Assembly: GCA_963801165.1 (NCBI GenBank)
Contig: CAWDDT010000007.1
Span: 64,001 to 128,000 of the forward strand
DNA: 64,000 nt
Reading direction: 5' to 3'
Source of the DNA: an uncultured bacterium
GTDB lineage: Bacteria > Actinomycetota > Acidimicrobiia > Spongiisociales > UBA5794
In this document: positions 49,239-59,313 of the stretch, piece after piece
Position numbering within the stretch: the first letter of the stretch is position 1
Layout: every line of letters begins with the position of its first letter
Position numbers and translations under genes: made by a program
The notes under the pieces: generated by a model
What the model saw: the letters and a program-made list of their open reading frames with translations, nothing else
The model's database searches: none
What the model was told of the DNA's origin: nothing

Positions 49239-50315
49239 CTAATCGTGGTTTGCAGACTGTCCGTCTCTGCCCGTTTCCTGCGCACTTCGTACCCGGAGCT
49301 GGCCACAGGCCGCATCGATCTGCCGACCGCGTGTCTCGCGTTGGGTTGCGTTGGCCCCGAGATCGTTCAGCTGAGCTACGAACTCCGCGACCGCGAGCCG
49401 GCCGGGACGCCGGTAGGAGGTGAGCGGGGTGGGGTTCAGAGCGATCACGTTGATGTGAGCGTGCAGCTCTGCGGCGATGGCGGCCAGCTTTCTCGCCTGT
49501 TCGCTCGTATCGTTGACACCCTCCATCATCGTCCATTCCAGGGACACACGTCTGCCGGTGCTTGCGAAGAAGTAGGCCGCAGCGTCAATGAGCTCGCGCA
49601 ACGGGTAGCGGTTGTTGAGCGGCACGAGCGTCGAGCGCAGCTCGTCGTCGGCGGCGTGCAGGCTGACGGCAAGACCCACCTGCCAGGGTTCCTCGGCGAG
49701 ACGCCTGATGCCGGGAACGACGCCGACGGTGGATACCGTGACCGATCGGGCGGCGAGATCGACAACGTCGATCATCCTGTGCAGCGACTCGCGAACATGC
49801 CGGTAGTTGGCCAGCGGTTCACCCATTCCCATGAAGACGACGTTGGTGACCCGGTCGGGACACCCCGGAAGAGGATGCTCCCGGAGAAAGGCATTGGCGA
49901 AGGTCACCTGCGCCACGATCTCGCCGGCGTCGAGGTGGCGTTCGAACCCAAATTGACCGGTGGCGCAGAACGTGCACCCCATGGCGCATCCCGCCTGCGA
50001 GGAGATGCACAGGGTATTGCGGTGTGGATACCCCATCAGCACCGCTTCGATCGAGGCGCCATCGCTGGCACGGAGCAGCCATTTCCGCGTCGTGCCACCG
50101 TCGGCCGATTGCTCTACCTCGACCGAGAACGGCCAGATCCGGTCGCTCAGCCTTTCCCGCAACTCGCCGGGAAGGTTTGTCATCTGACCGGCATCGAGCA
50201 CGGGATGCTCGTATAGCCACTGCTTGAGCTGATCGACGCGGTATGCCGGCTCGCCGGGAACCATGGTCGCCAGCTCATCGATGTCGAGCTGGTAGGCGCT
50301 GATCGGGGAGGTCAC
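49239..50315 (-). CDS. rlmN: 23S rRNA m2A2503 / tRNA methyltransferase (radical SAM)
   Basis: CISSQAGCAMGCTFCATG, MGMGEP, SLHA, AACGQL; GTG start inferred. Confidence 0.96.
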   Translation of the reverse strand: MTSPISAYQLDIDELATMVPGEPAYRVDQLKQWLYEHPVLDAGQMTNLPGELRERLSDRIWPFSVEVEQSADGGTTRKWLLRASDGASIEAVLMGYPHRNTLCISSQAGCAMGCTFCATGQFGFERHLDAGEIVAQVTFANAFLREHPLPGCPDRVTNVVFMGMGEPLANYRHVRESLHRMIDVVDLAARSVTVSTVGVVPGIRRLAEEPWQVGLAVSLHAADDELRSTLVPLNNRYPLRELIDAAAYFFASTGRRVSLEWTMMEGVNDTSEQARKLAAIAAELHAHINVIALNPTPLTSYRRPGRLAVAEFVAQLNDLGANATQRETRGRQIDAACGQLRVRSAQETGRDGQSANHD

Positions 50316-50322
50316 GGCTTTG

Positions 50323-50661
50323 TCAGCCGAGCCGGGCTCTGGCCTGGCTGATCCAGTCGGCGACTCTGGCTTCGGTCGTTCCAACGCCATCGGCGATGGT
50401 GGCGGCATCGATCTCCGATAATCCTCGGAACGATCGTATTCCGGCTTGTTCGAGCCTGGCGGCAAAGACCGGGCCGATCCCCTTGATCGCGGTTAGGTCG
50501 TCCGGTTCCTGGTGCGGTGGCGGTGGCGTCGATCGGTAGTGGGGCCGGGGATCGTCCTCGACCTTGGGCGCCGGCAGCAGACGCTCCCTGGTCAACCAGA
50601 CGATTGCCGCCAGGACCGCCAGCAAAGTGATGACACGAAGTAGTTTCTTCAACACGAGCAT
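50323..50661 (-). CDS. Small membrane-anchored helix-hairpin-helix protein (start may be GTG 50655)
   Basis: N-terminal TM; DDLTAIKGIGPVFAARL HhH motif. Confidence 0.85.
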   Translation of the reverse strand: MLVLKKLLRVITLLAVLAAIVWLTRERLLPAPKVEDDPRPHYRSTPPPPHQEPDDLTAIKGIGPVFAARLEQAGIRSFRGLSEIDAATIADGVGTTEARVADWISQARARLG

Positions 50662-50712
50662 GATTGTACGTGACCGCGGCGGGTGCTCTGCCAAACGGCC
50701 GGCACCGGCGTA

Positions 50713-51477
50713 TCAGGGACGGCAACTCCAATGCGACCAGGGATCGTCGCCCTGGTCGACCGACCTTTGCACCAACCACGCCGCGGTCGCGATGTTGGCT
50801 TCCGGGTCGAACGCTGAGGCGTCGGCAAACCCGGCGTTTGGCGATGCCCACGCCCACGTCCCGGGGATGAACTGAAACAGACCGGAAGCGCCCGATCCCG
50901 CGTTGTATGCGAGCGGGTCTCCCCGACTCTCGCATTTGATCACCGCCAGCGCCTCGTCGACGCGCTCTTCGGGGAAGTACTCCGAGGCGAGCGGTCGCCA
51001 TTCCTCGACGTCACGGGGGCCGCCTTCTACCGGCGGTTCGGTTGTGGTCGTCGTCGGTGGCGTGGTGGTCGTAGTGGTCGTCGCGGGCGGCGGAGCAGCG
51101 GTGGTCGTTGTCGTCGTGGTCGTCGTCGTGGTGGTGGTTGGCGGTGGCGACGTGGTTGTGGTGGTTGCGGGCGGCTTTGTCGTGGTCGTCGTGGTCGTCG
51201 TTGTCGTTGCCGTAGGCGCGGTCAGCGGAGCGGGAGAAGACGCGACTGTCATCAGCGTGGCTTCGGTTGTGGTCGTCTCCTCGGGCAGGTCGATCGACAT
51301 CATGCTGGCAAACGCTCCCGCGGCAACCCGGGCGCTGAGTGCGTCGGGAAGTTCGGCTGAGGTCGTCGCCACAGGCTCGGTGCCCGGGCTTTTCGCTGAG
51401 AAGGCAGCAAATCCGAGCGCGGCAATCAGGACCACGATCAATGATCCTGCCAACGAGATCTGAAAGCGAACCCGCAC
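50713..51477 (-). CDS. Secreted lytic transglycosylase (SLT domain) with Thr/Pro linker
   Basis: Signal/TM, poly-Thr linker, CESRGDP, GASGLFQF, DPEANI, W-W tail. Confidence 0.9.
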   Translation of the reverse strand: MRVRFQISLAGSLIVVLIAALGFAAFSAKSPGTEPVATTSAELPDALSARVAAGAFASMMSIDLPEETTTTEATLMTVASSPAPLTAPTATTTTTTTTTTKPPATTTTTSPPPTTTTTTTTTTTTTAAPPPATTTTTTTPPTTTTTEPPVEGGPRDVEEWRPLASEYFPEERVDEALAVIKCESRGDPLAYNAGSGASGLFQFIPGTWAWASPNAGFADASAFDPEANIATAAWLVQRSVDQGDDPWSHWSCRP

Positions 51478-51614
51478 TGAAGTTGTTCCGCTCCTCAATG
51501 GTCTGACGACCAGGCGCAACGCACGCCTGCGGCAACCTTAAGGCTTGAGCGACGCCGCAAGCAAGCCGGGCCTTGGCATGTACTGCCATACCATCGGCGT
51601 GTAGAGTTCGCGCC

Positions 51615-52565
51615 GTGAGGCATTCCTTGATCATCGCGCTCATGGCGTTGACCGTCCTGCTCGGTGCACCCGGCGCCGCCGCGTCCGATTCGTCCCGCTG
51701 CGCCGACCTGTTTCCCGACGTTACCTGGGTCCCGCAGACGCTCGATGGGCCGACCGCTCTCGAAATCGCCGGGATGAACGAGGCAGAGTCGGAGCGTTTC
51801 GCTCTCGTTGTTTCCCAGCAATCGAAGCTCATCGAATCCGAGATCGGGGGGCTGCCGGGATCTACGGTTTGTCTTGCCACTTCAGAGCTCGCCGACGCCT
51901 TCAGCGCATACGCACCTTTCGGGCAGCGTCTCCATGCCGGTGTGTTCGCAGACGAGCAGGTGCTCGTGTTGGCTGCGGTCGAGACACGCATGGTCGACGA
52001 TGCGATCGCCTATGGGTTGCCTCAGTTGGCGTTGGCACAGGTCGCCACCGAGCTGGGCATTGATGGTGGATACCCGGAACCGCTCGGGTCGACTATCGCC
52101 AACTGGTATCTGGCGCGGGCCACCGACCGTCTCGAGCGCTACCGCGCGGGGCTCGTGATCTCCATGTTCCTCGACGACCCCAACCCTGAGAAACGAACCG
52201 ACGCCGACGCGGTGCAATGGGTGAGCGAGCGCAAGGCCGATCCGTCCTTCTTCGACCCCCAGTTTCTGGGGTCGCCGATGGGAGTGTTCGTCGACTTTGC
52301 GGTGTCGCAGCGGGGGATGGGGGTTCTGCGCGATCTGGACCAGGCAACGTGGGCCGGGCTGGAGAAGCAGTGGCGCATCTCTATCAGGGACCAGTATCCC
52401 CGCGGCAACTTCGGGGTCTGGTGGGGTGTCGGCATCGTAGTTGTGTTTCTGCTCCTCGCCATTCTCATGGCGTGGACGAAACATCGCGAGAACCGGCTCG
52501 CCGCAGCCAGATTCCCGACTCCGCCCCCGGACGAGGCCGTGTTCGGGCCGGGTGCGGGTAGCTAG
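51615..52565 (+). CDS. Hypothetical exported protein with C-terminal membrane anchor
   Basis: Signal peptide, C-terminal TM followed by basic residues; TAGAGT-N7-GTG. Confidence 0.72.
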   Translation: MRHSLIIALMALTVLLGAPGAAASDSSRCADLFPDVTWVPQTLDGPTALEIAGMNEAESERFALVVSQQSKLIESEIGGLPGSTVCLATSELADAFSAYAPFGQRLHAGVFADEQVLVLAAVETRMVDDAIAYGLPQLALAQVATELGIDGGYPEPLGSTIANWYLARATDRLERYRAGLVISMFLDDPNPEKRTDADAVQWVSERKADPSFFDPQFLGSPMGVFVDFAVSQRGMGVLRDLDQATWAGLEKQWRISIRDQYPRGNFGVWWGVGIVVVFLLLAILMAWTKHRENRLAAARFPTPPPDEAVFGPGAGS

Positions 52566-52605
52566 ACGGCGTTCCGCCGGGAGTTTTCACGGCGGTAAAC
52601 CGTCA
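52565..52605. terminator. Imperfect stem-loop after stop codon
   Basis: GACGG...CCGCCG-loop-CGGCGG...CCGTC. Confidence 0.4.
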
Positions 52606-52629
52606 GGCCCCTAGCATCTGCGGATCGAT

Positions 52630-53568
52630 GTGACACGAAGACTCGTTGGCTGGGCTGCGACCGCGGCGGCATCGGTCACAGCGGCCCTGACGGTCATCGG
52701 GTTTCTCGGCGGTCTGTGGTGGGGCTTCGATCTGGTCGCCAACTTCCGGGTCCAATACGCGCTGGTTCTGGGTGTCGTGTCGGCCACGCTGGCGCTGCTG
52801 CGCTGGTGGCGCGCTACCGGCGTTGCTGCTGTTGCGCTCATGATGAACGTATTCCTCATCGCCCCGCTCTACCTGGACACGCCAACCGCCCCGCTCGACC
52901 AGGCCCGGCTCGAGATTCTCAGTTTCAATGTGAACGCCTGGAATCCGAACCGGACGGAGATCGCCTCATACATAACGGCATCGGGGGCCGACATCGTGCT
53001 GCTCCACGAGATAACACCGGCGTGGGAGCGTGTGCTCCAGGAAGCCGATCTTCCCTATCGATTGGTCAGCGCCAGAGCGACCCACGAGCAACTCGGCACC
53101 GCTGCTCTCGTGCGTGAGGACATGGATGCCCGGGTCCTCCAATTCGGTGTTCCCGGATCCGGGTCCGTCGAGATCACGCTCCAATTCGACGGTAGAGAGC
53201 TGGAGGTGTTGGGGACCCATCCGGCATCGCCGGTCTCGTCATCCAGTGCCCGGGCTCGCGACGAGCAGCTGGCGGCAATCGGCGAGTGGGCGTCGGTCCA
53301 GCAGGACCCGGTTGTCGTGGTGGGTGACCTCAACGCATCGACCTGGTCGTACGGGTTCCGCCTCGTCACGAAGGCCGGACTGCTCAACTCGCAACGTGGC
53401 TACGGCGTGCAGCCGTCCTGGCCGGCCGGCAGGCTGCTCGATGCCATCCCGATCGACCATCTGGTGCACAGCCCGCAACTCACGACCGTCGACCGGCACC
53501 TCGGTGATCCTCAGGGGTCGGATCACTACCCGTTGTTCGTGACCCTGGCGTGGGCCGCACAGAGTTAG
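52630..53568 (+). CDS. Endonuclease/exonuclease/phosphatase family membrane protein
   Basis: Three N-terminal TMs, SFNV, GDLNA, IDH, GSDHYP. Confidence 0.92.
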   Translation: MTRRLVGWAATAAASVTAALTVIGFLGGLWWGFDLVANFRVQYALVLGVVSATLALLRWWRATGVAAVALMMNVFLIAPLYLDTPTAPLDQARLEILSFNVNAWNPNRTEIASYITASGADIVLLHEITPAWERVLQEADLPYRLVSARATHEQLGTAALVREDMDARVLQFGVPGSGSVEITLQFDGRELEVLGTHPASPVSSSSARARDEQLAAIGEWASVQQDPVVVVGDLNASTWSYGFRLVTKAGLLNSQRGYGVQPSWPAGRLLDAIPIDHLVHSPQLTTVDRHLGDPQGSDHYPLFVTLAWAAQS

Positions 53569-53637
53569 GGGACAGTTGAAGAATCCGAGTTCAGGCTCGT
53601 GACAAGCTCGACAACAGCTCAGAGCCCTGGCTTCGGT

Positions 53638-55227
53638 TCAAGAGAGGGCTGCGGTGGCGGCGACCCTGGGATCGGCGGCACCCACCACCCCGTCGCCATG
53701 CCCGGTGATCACCGACACAGGTCCCCAGCCCGGCATCCATCCCGGTGCCGGTCTGGGATGGTGACCCCATTCCCGGAGCGCCTCGACGACGCCGGTGTCG
53801 AGATGCGGCTCGAAGACAACGCCCGGGTCGTTGGTGCGCCATTCTGCGGTCGTCCAGCGCGGCTGGAGTTGGGCGGTGGCGCCGTCGAGGCCGGCCCAAC
53901 GCATGTAGGTGACCATCTGCAGCAACGTTTGCGGCTGGAAATCACCTCCGCGCGTGCCGAGGAGCATCTGTAGAGAACCATCTAAGGTCCACAAGGTAGG
54001 GGAGAGGGTATGGAGCGGGCGCTTGCCCGGTGCGATCTCGTTGGGGTGGCCCGGCTCGAGCGTGAAGCCCGAGCCGCGGTCGTGGAGAAAGAATCCGTGA
54101 TCGCCTACGCCTATCCGGGAACCGATCCCGTGGTAGTTGGATTGGATCAGCGATATCCCCATGCCCTGGTCGTCACGGACGCAGAGAAAGGCGGTCCCGC
54201 CCGGCGCCGGTGGTGGCGTAGGCCAATCCGTGCGGGTGTCGAGGTCGATCCGGGACAGTCGCTCTTCCAGCCGGCCGGTGTCGAGAAGATCATCCGGATC
54301 GATTGGTGAGAACCGGTCGTCGCACACGAGGCGGTCTCGTTCCCACGCCATCGCCCGGTACGCCTCGATGGCTGCATGGGTGAACCGGGGATGGGTGGGG
54401 TCGTGCGGAGGATCGAGGTTCTCAAACAGCCAGGCGGCGGCCAGCGTCAGGTATCCCTGCGAATTCGGCGGGATGGTCCAGCCGGTCCACCCGAGCACGT
54501 CGACCGGGATCGGATCAATCCAGTCAGCCTGCCGTCGGGCGAGGTCGTCACGGTCGATGACCCCGGCGGTGGCCGAGACGATTCCATCGCCTACGTCCCC
54601 GGCATAGAACGCCTCGCGCCCCGCCGCTGCGATTGCCCGGAGCGTCGCTGCCAGCGTGGGGCGCGTGACCAGAGCACCGGCGGCCGGTGGCGTACCGTCC
54701 GAATACAGCCCGGCCGAGGCCGGTTGCGGGCGCAGGTCCCCCGCCAGCATCTCGAGCGCCCGGGCGAGCTGTGGTGATGCAGGAAATCCGGATTCGGCGA
54801 GCGCTACCGGTGTCTCCAACACCCGGGACAGCGGCAGTGAGCCGTACTCCTCGAGGATCGCCTCCCAACCGTCGACACAGCCGGGAACGGTCACTGCATA
54901 CGGGCTCTCGACCGGTATACGGGTGAGACCCTCGCCCCGAATCATCTCAGCCCGGGCCCCCGCACCGGCGTGGCCGGATGAGTTGAGCGCCGCCGGGGTC
55001 TCCCGCCCGGGCACCTGGATGAGAGCGAACAGGTCGCCGCCGATGCCACACGTCTCCGGGGCGACGACACCAAGTGTTGCGTTGGCGGCAACCGCCGCGT
55101 CGGCGGCATTTCCACCGCCGTCGAGGATCTCGATCGCGGCCCGGGACGCCAGATGGTGCGGTGTCACCGCCACCCGGGTGCCGTGCGATGTGACCCGGGC
55201 TCCCGCGAGCCTCCCGGGTAGGGTCAC
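53638..55227 (-). CDS. ggt: Gamma-glutamyltransferase family protein
   Basis: GGNAADAAVA, GIGGDLF, PPNSQG, GGT nucleophile site, PGKRPLHTL, ADPR; GTGA overlap with upstream gene. Confidence 0.92.
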   Translation of the reverse strand: MTLPGRLAGARVTSHGTRVAVTPHHLASRAAIEILDGGGNAADAAVAANATLGVVAPETCGIGGDLFALIQVPGRETPAALNSSGHAGAGARAEMIRGEGLTRIPVESPYAVTVPGCVDGWEAILEEYGSLPLSRVLETPVALAESGFPASPQLARALEMLAGDLRPQPASAGLYSDGTPPAAGALVTRPTLAATLRAIAAAGREAFYAGDVGDGIVSATAGVIDRDDLARRQADWIDPIPVDVLGWTGWTIPPNSQGYLTLAAAWLFENLDPPHDPTHPRFTHAAIEAYRAMAWERDRLVCDDRFSPIDPDDLLDTGRLEERLSRIDLDTRTDWPTPPPAPGGTAFLCVRDDQGMGISLIQSNYHGIGSRIGVGDHGFFLHDRGSGFTLEPGHPNEIAPGKRPLHTLSPTLWTLDGSLQMLLGTRGGDFQPQTLLQMVTYMRWAGLDGATAQLQPRWTTAEWRTNDPGVVFEPHLDTGVVEALREWGHHPRPAPGWMPGWGPVSVITGHGDGVVGAADPRVAATAALS

Positions 55228-55856
55228 GACAAGACCGCGGGCAACCGGCGATTGAGGGCGTCGAGGACAGCTTTCACCGCGGCTTCGTCGTCGTCACCGT
55301 GAGAAAGCGCGGATCCAACGACGAGCTCCTCGCCGTCTTTACCGGCGAAGACGATCACAGCTATCAGCACCGTTCGCATGCCCACGTTTGCGGTGCCGAT
55401 CGAGTCGAGAGCGAGCGGTGGTGTGTCGGTGAATATCGACTCCATCGCATGGAGGGTCGCCTCCCCGAGGAGCCGCATTCGAGCCGATGCGGCGTCGGGA
55501 CCGACCGCCGAGCCGATGTGTTCATCTTGCTGCCATCCGAGGGTGACTGTGAGAGTCGCCCTGTTCTGGTCGATGCTCTCTTTGACCCTTCGCAGCACCG
55601 GTCTCGGTATCGCTCGTTCCTTGATCTTGTCCGGAGCGAGCTGCACTATTGATATCACCCTGCGGTCGATGTTGATGCCGAACTTGGCCATGGCCAGAGA
55701 TTGGATGTCGCGGGAGATCTGCTTGGGTAGCTTGGCAGGTACCGCCAGGACGTGCAGCTCGACGACGTTGCCTCCTTTGCTCACGACCCGGGCTGCCTCA
55801 ACCGACTCGAGCTGGGCAAGTGTCTCTTCGAATTCCTCGTTGTCGAACACCGTCAC
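55224..55856 (-). CDS. Conserved-looking hypothetical protein
   Basis: AGGAAGG RBS + GTG; PKQISRDIQS, IDRRVISIVQ, AVKAVLDALNRR; coupled to ggt. Confidence 0.75.
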   Translation of the reverse strand: MTVFDNEEFEETLAQLESVEAARVVSKGGNVVELHVLAVPAKLPKQISRDIQSLAMAKFGINIDRRVISIVQLAPDKIKERAIPRPVLRRVKESIDQNRATLTVTLGWQQDEHIGSAVGPDAASARMRLLGEATLHAMESIFTDTPPLALDSIGTANVGMRTVLIAVIVFAGKDGEELVVGSALSHGDDDEAAVKAVLDALNRRLPAVLS

Positions 55857-55929
55857 CGGCCTTCCTACGCTGCGCTCTCTGGGCTGCACACTAGCGGTGC
55901 CCCGGGGCCTCCTTGCAGGAATTACCCCC

Positions 55930-55938
55930 TGTGGATAA
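55930..55938 (-). promoter_or_regulatory. Single perfect DnaA box (TTATCCACA)
   Basis: TGTGGATAA on the + strand in a divergent intergenic region. Confidence 0.4.
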
Positions 55939-56052
55939 CGTACCAATGCGCCAGGGAAGGCGCTCGGGAAGCGGGGCAGAAGCATGGCGGAACATGACGG
56001 CTGCCCGGCAACTCGCCCGGTAACGAGAAGCGAACGTTGAGGATCTGGAAGG

Positions 56053-57291
56053 TTGGCTAGAACGCGTTTCAACCGGCTTGCGATGATGGTGCTGGTCGCC
56101 CTGGCAACTGCGGCGGGGATTCTCGTCTATGCGCACGTCGGTGATCCGCTCCCGCTGATCATCGGTACGGCGCTGATGACGGCGTCGCTGATGCTGCACG
56201 TCCCGGCGATGAGCGGCAACCGCGTGTATCTCGGTGTCGCCGCCGCCGCGGCCGTCCCCGTTGCGGTGGGGGATGCAGGTTTGGCGGCCGCGATATACAC
56301 GACATCTCTGACCGCCGCCTGGCTCTTGTATCTGGCGTTCCAGCTGGTTGATCGCACGTGGCTGAATTCGGAGTACCTCGCCGAGGTCATCGCCATCCTC
56401 GGCTTCGGGGGCACCTATCACCTTGTTTCCACCGTATTCGGAGTACACGGGTTCAGTTTCGCCGACCGTTTTCCCCACGAGGGCTACGTGGCGATCATCT
56501 GCGTGATCACCGGCGGAATCGTTTATCACGTTCTGCGGGCTAGTACCCGGTCGCTGATCGGTCTCGAGCGGGCGGACTTCTCACCGCGGTATTTATGGCT
56601 CGCCGGGCTCGAGGACTGGTCGGCGATCACCGTGCTCGTCCTGAGCGGGACGATGATCGGCACCGCGTATGCCGGGCTCGGATGGAAGGCGATAATTGTC
56701 GCCGCCGCCCCGTATTTGTTCACCCATCAGGCGCTCGAGCGCTACAACGGGACGAAAGTGACCTACGGCCAGACGATCCAGGCGCTCTCGCAGATTCCCG
56801 AGGTGGCGGGTCTTTCGCCTGTGGGCCACGCGGTACGCACCGGCAGGCTGGCTGCCGACATCGGTCGCGAGATGGGTCTCCACCCCGAAGATGTCGAGGA
56901 TCTCGAGTTCGCCGGCTACATGCACGACATCGGACGGATCACGCTCAACGAACCGGCGATCCTCCGAGCCGGCTACACCGAGGTCGACATTGCGCGCTGG
57001 GGCTCGCAGATAGTCTCCGAAGCGCCTCACCTGGAAGAGGTTTCGAAGATCGTCGGTGATCAATACCTTCCCTATCGCTCACCGGGAATGGAGATCGATC
57101 CGAGCGTGTCGGTGAGCTCGAAGATCGTCAAGGTCGTCAGCGCATACGACCAGTTTGTACATGAGTATCACATGGCGCCGATTCTGGCTCTCGAGCAGCT
57201 CCACAAGGGCTCCGCTTACGAGTTCGACCCCCGGGTAACCAGCTCGCTACGCAGGGTTCTCGAGTTCCGCGGCGAGCTCGACGAGCGGTAG
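56053..57291 (+). CDS. Membrane protein with degenerate HD-GYP-like domain
   Basis: About 7 TMs; TIQALS..E, GHAVR, HDIGR, EFDPRV; lacks HHE..GxGYP. Confidence 0.85.
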   Translation: MARTRFNRLAMMVLVALATAAGILVYAHVGDPLPLIIGTALMTASLMLHVPAMSGNRVYLGVAAAAAVPVAVGDAGLAAAIYTTSLTAAWLLYLAFQLVDRTWLNSEYLAEVIAILGFGGTYHLVSTVFGVHGFSFADRFPHEGYVAIICVITGGIVYHVLRASTRSLIGLERADFSPRYLWLAGLEDWSAITVLVLSGTMIGTAYAGLGWKAIIVAAAPYLFTHQALERYNGTKVTYGQTIQALSQIPEVAGLSPVGHAVRTGRLAADIGREMGLHPEDVEDLEFAGYMHDIGRITLNEPAILRAGYTEVDIARWGSQIVSEAPHLEEVSKIVGDQYLPYRSPGMEIDPSVSVSSKIVKVVSAYDQFVHEYHMAPILALEQLHKGSAYEFDPRVTSSLRRVLEFRGELDER

Positions 57292-57312
57292 CTCCCGGCC
57301 TCACCCGGGGAT

Positions 57313-57882
57313 CTAGACCTCACCGCGACGGTCTGCCGCCGATCCCGGGAGGCCCTGCGCTCCGCGCCGGAACAAACGAATCGGCTGCCGGAGTTGATCC
57401 TCGACGAACACGCCCAGCCCCACGGCGAGCAGGACGTCGCCCAGCGATATGACCGACCCCGGCATAGGGACGATATCTGCCAGAAAGGGCAACTTCGAGC
57501 TGCCGTCGAGCAAGACGTGCTTGGCATCGAGGTGCAACTTGCCGATCTCGCCTCCGGCGAGGTGGACCGCCTCGGGGAGGACGGGCATACCGTTGTTGAG
57601 CGCGATCACGGTGAGGTTCATCAAGATCCCGATACCGGCGATCCACATTCCCGGCAGACGCTGGTTGAGCAGGACAACGATGAGCAGTGGCAGGTATGAC
57701 AGGAGCACGAGCGAGACGGCCAGGTTTTTGGCATCGATGAAGTTGGCCGCGGTCTGCATACCGAGCCCGAGGAACAGCAGCCACCAGCCGCGCGCATATA
57801 TCTCCGCTACGTTGGATAGCTTCCCGCCCCGGAGTAGAGAGACCGCAACTGAAATGCCGATGACCACGAACAACCACAGCAT
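57313..57882 (-). CDS. DUF5317 family membrane protein
   Basis: LRGGKL, NLTVIALNNGMPV, LPFLADI, SLGDVLL. Confidence 0.85.
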   Translation of the reverse strand: MLWLFVVIGISVAVSLLRGGKLSNVAEIYARGWWLLFLGLGMQTAANFIDAKNLAVSLVLLSYLPLLIVVLLNQRLPGMWIAGIGILMNLTVIALNNGMPVLPEAVHLAGGEIGKLHLDAKHVLLDGSSKLPFLADIVPMPGSVISLGDVLLAVGLGVFVEDQLRQPIRLFRRGAQGLPGSAADRRGEV

Positions 57883-57952
57883 GACGCGACGTTAGCCGAG
57901 TCGCGAAACGAAGCCGTGAGTATCCTCGTCAATTGACCTCGAGGAGGAAACG

Positions 57953-58720
57953 ATGTTGCGATATGAGTGTCACGATCAGGTAGCCGTTGTGACGATCGAT
58001 GATCCGGACCGGCGCAACCCGATGACCCTCGAGACGATGGCGGAGATGGCCGGCCACGTGACCGCGGCTGCCGCTGATCCCGGGGTTCGCGTCATCGTCA
58101 TCACCGGAGCCGGGGACAGGGCATTCTCGGCCGGGGGGGATCTGAGCGGGGGATTCGTCGACTCGCCGCTGGCCGACCACGACGCCAGGGGAGCGCTGGC
58201 GAACCTGTTCCGTGCCATACGGACGTGTGGCAAGCCGGTGATTGCACGCGTCAACGGGCATGCGGTTGCCGGCGGATTCGGGCTGGCTGCCGCATGCGAC
58301 ATCGTCATTGCCGTGGAGGACGCCACCTTTGGAGCCCCTGAGGTCCGGGTCGGTCTCTGGCCGATGATGATCACCGCCATCGTGCGCAGGGTGATGCCGG
58401 CACGTGCCGCGTTCGATCTGATGGCCACCGGGAGGAGGATCGATGCCGACGAGGCGTTGCGTCTGGGTGTGGTGTCGCGGGTTGTGCCCCGGGAGAAGCT
58501 CGACGCCGCCGTCGATGAGGCCGTGGCCCGATTGATCGAGGTGTCTCCCGCGGTGCTCGCCATGGGGAAGGATGCGTTCTACGCCACCGAGGACATGCCG
58601 CTCGACGTGGCACTCGACTATCTGCACACGGGTCTGACCGCGGTCGCTATGACCGAGGACGCCGTGGAAGGCGTCAGCGCGTTTCTGGAGAAGCGCACTC
58701 CCGCGTGGCGCGGGCGCTAG
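57953..58720 (+). CDS. Enoyl-CoA hydratase/isomerase family protein
   Basis: AFSAGGDL, GHAVAGGFGL, PEVRVG, AFLEKR. Confidence 0.93.
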   Translation: MLRYECHDQVAVVTIDDPDRRNPMTLETMAEMAGHVTAAAADPGVRVIVITGAGDRAFSAGGDLSGGFVDSPLADHDARGALANLFRAIRTCGKPVIARVNGHAVAGGFGLAAACDIVIAVEDATFGAPEVRVGLWPMMITAIVRRVMPARAAFDLMATGRRIDADEALRLGVVSRVVPREKLDAAVDEAVARLIEVSPAVLAMGKDAFYATEDMPLDVALDYLHTGLTAVAMTEDAVEGVSAFLEKRTPAWRGR

Positions 58721-59313
58721 TTGAAGAAGAGTCGGGCGATGTCTGCGTCCAGATCGTCGACGGTGAGCGCACCGAAGTGGGTCTCGAGCAGGGTCCCGTC
58801 GCCGGAGATGAAGAACGTTGCCGGCAGTCCGAGAACCGGATACGCGTCATCGACTGTTCCGTCATCGAACGCGATCGTATAACCGACGCCGATTTCGTCT
58901 ACGAACGCCGTGGCGTCTGCCACCTCATCCTGCACCGACACACCCACGAAGGCGACTTCGGGATGCTGAGTCGAGGCGTTGTTGATGTCGGGCATCTCCG
59001 AGCGGCAGGGTGCGCACCACGATGCCCACAGGTTGAGTACGACCGGGCGGCCGTCGTCGGCAATGTGCTCGGCCAGGTCGAACGTAGAGCCGTCCAGTGT
59101 GGGCAGGGCGAAGGTCGGTGCCGGTTTGTCCTTGCTGGGGAGATTGGGGTCCGTTGCGGCGATGTCGCCCAGGTCGGGGTAGGTGGGCTCAGTAGACGAG
59201 CCACCGCGGCTGCCGATGGCCACGGTCACGGCGGCGGCCGCGACAAACACCGCAGCGAGCATCATCCAGGTGCGGAATCGACCGCCTTTGGCGTGTGATT
59301 CATCCGGGCCCAT
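58717..59313 (-). CDS. TlpA/ResA family thiol-disulfide reductase (start 59313 or 59334)
   Basis: TM anchor, NLWASWCAPC, GLPATFFI. Confidence 0.92.
   Translation of the reverse strand: MGPDESHAKGGRFRTWMMLAAVFVAAAAVTVAIGSRGGSSTEPTYPDLGDIAATDPNLPSKDKPAPTFALPTLDGSTFDLAEHIADDGRPVVLNLWASWCAPCRSEMPDINNASTQHPEVAFVGVSVQDEVADATAFVDEIGVGYTIAFDDGTVDDAYPVLGLPATFFISGDGTLLETHFGALTVDDLDADIARLFFN

Noticed and set aside
51030-51215. Trinucleotide-like repeats (GTC/GTG)n
   Set aside because: Simply encode the poly-Thr linker of the transglycosylase; the same applies at 1470-1575
55930-55938. Replication origin
   Set aside because: Only one DnaA box, no AT-rich unwinding region, no dnaA or dnaN
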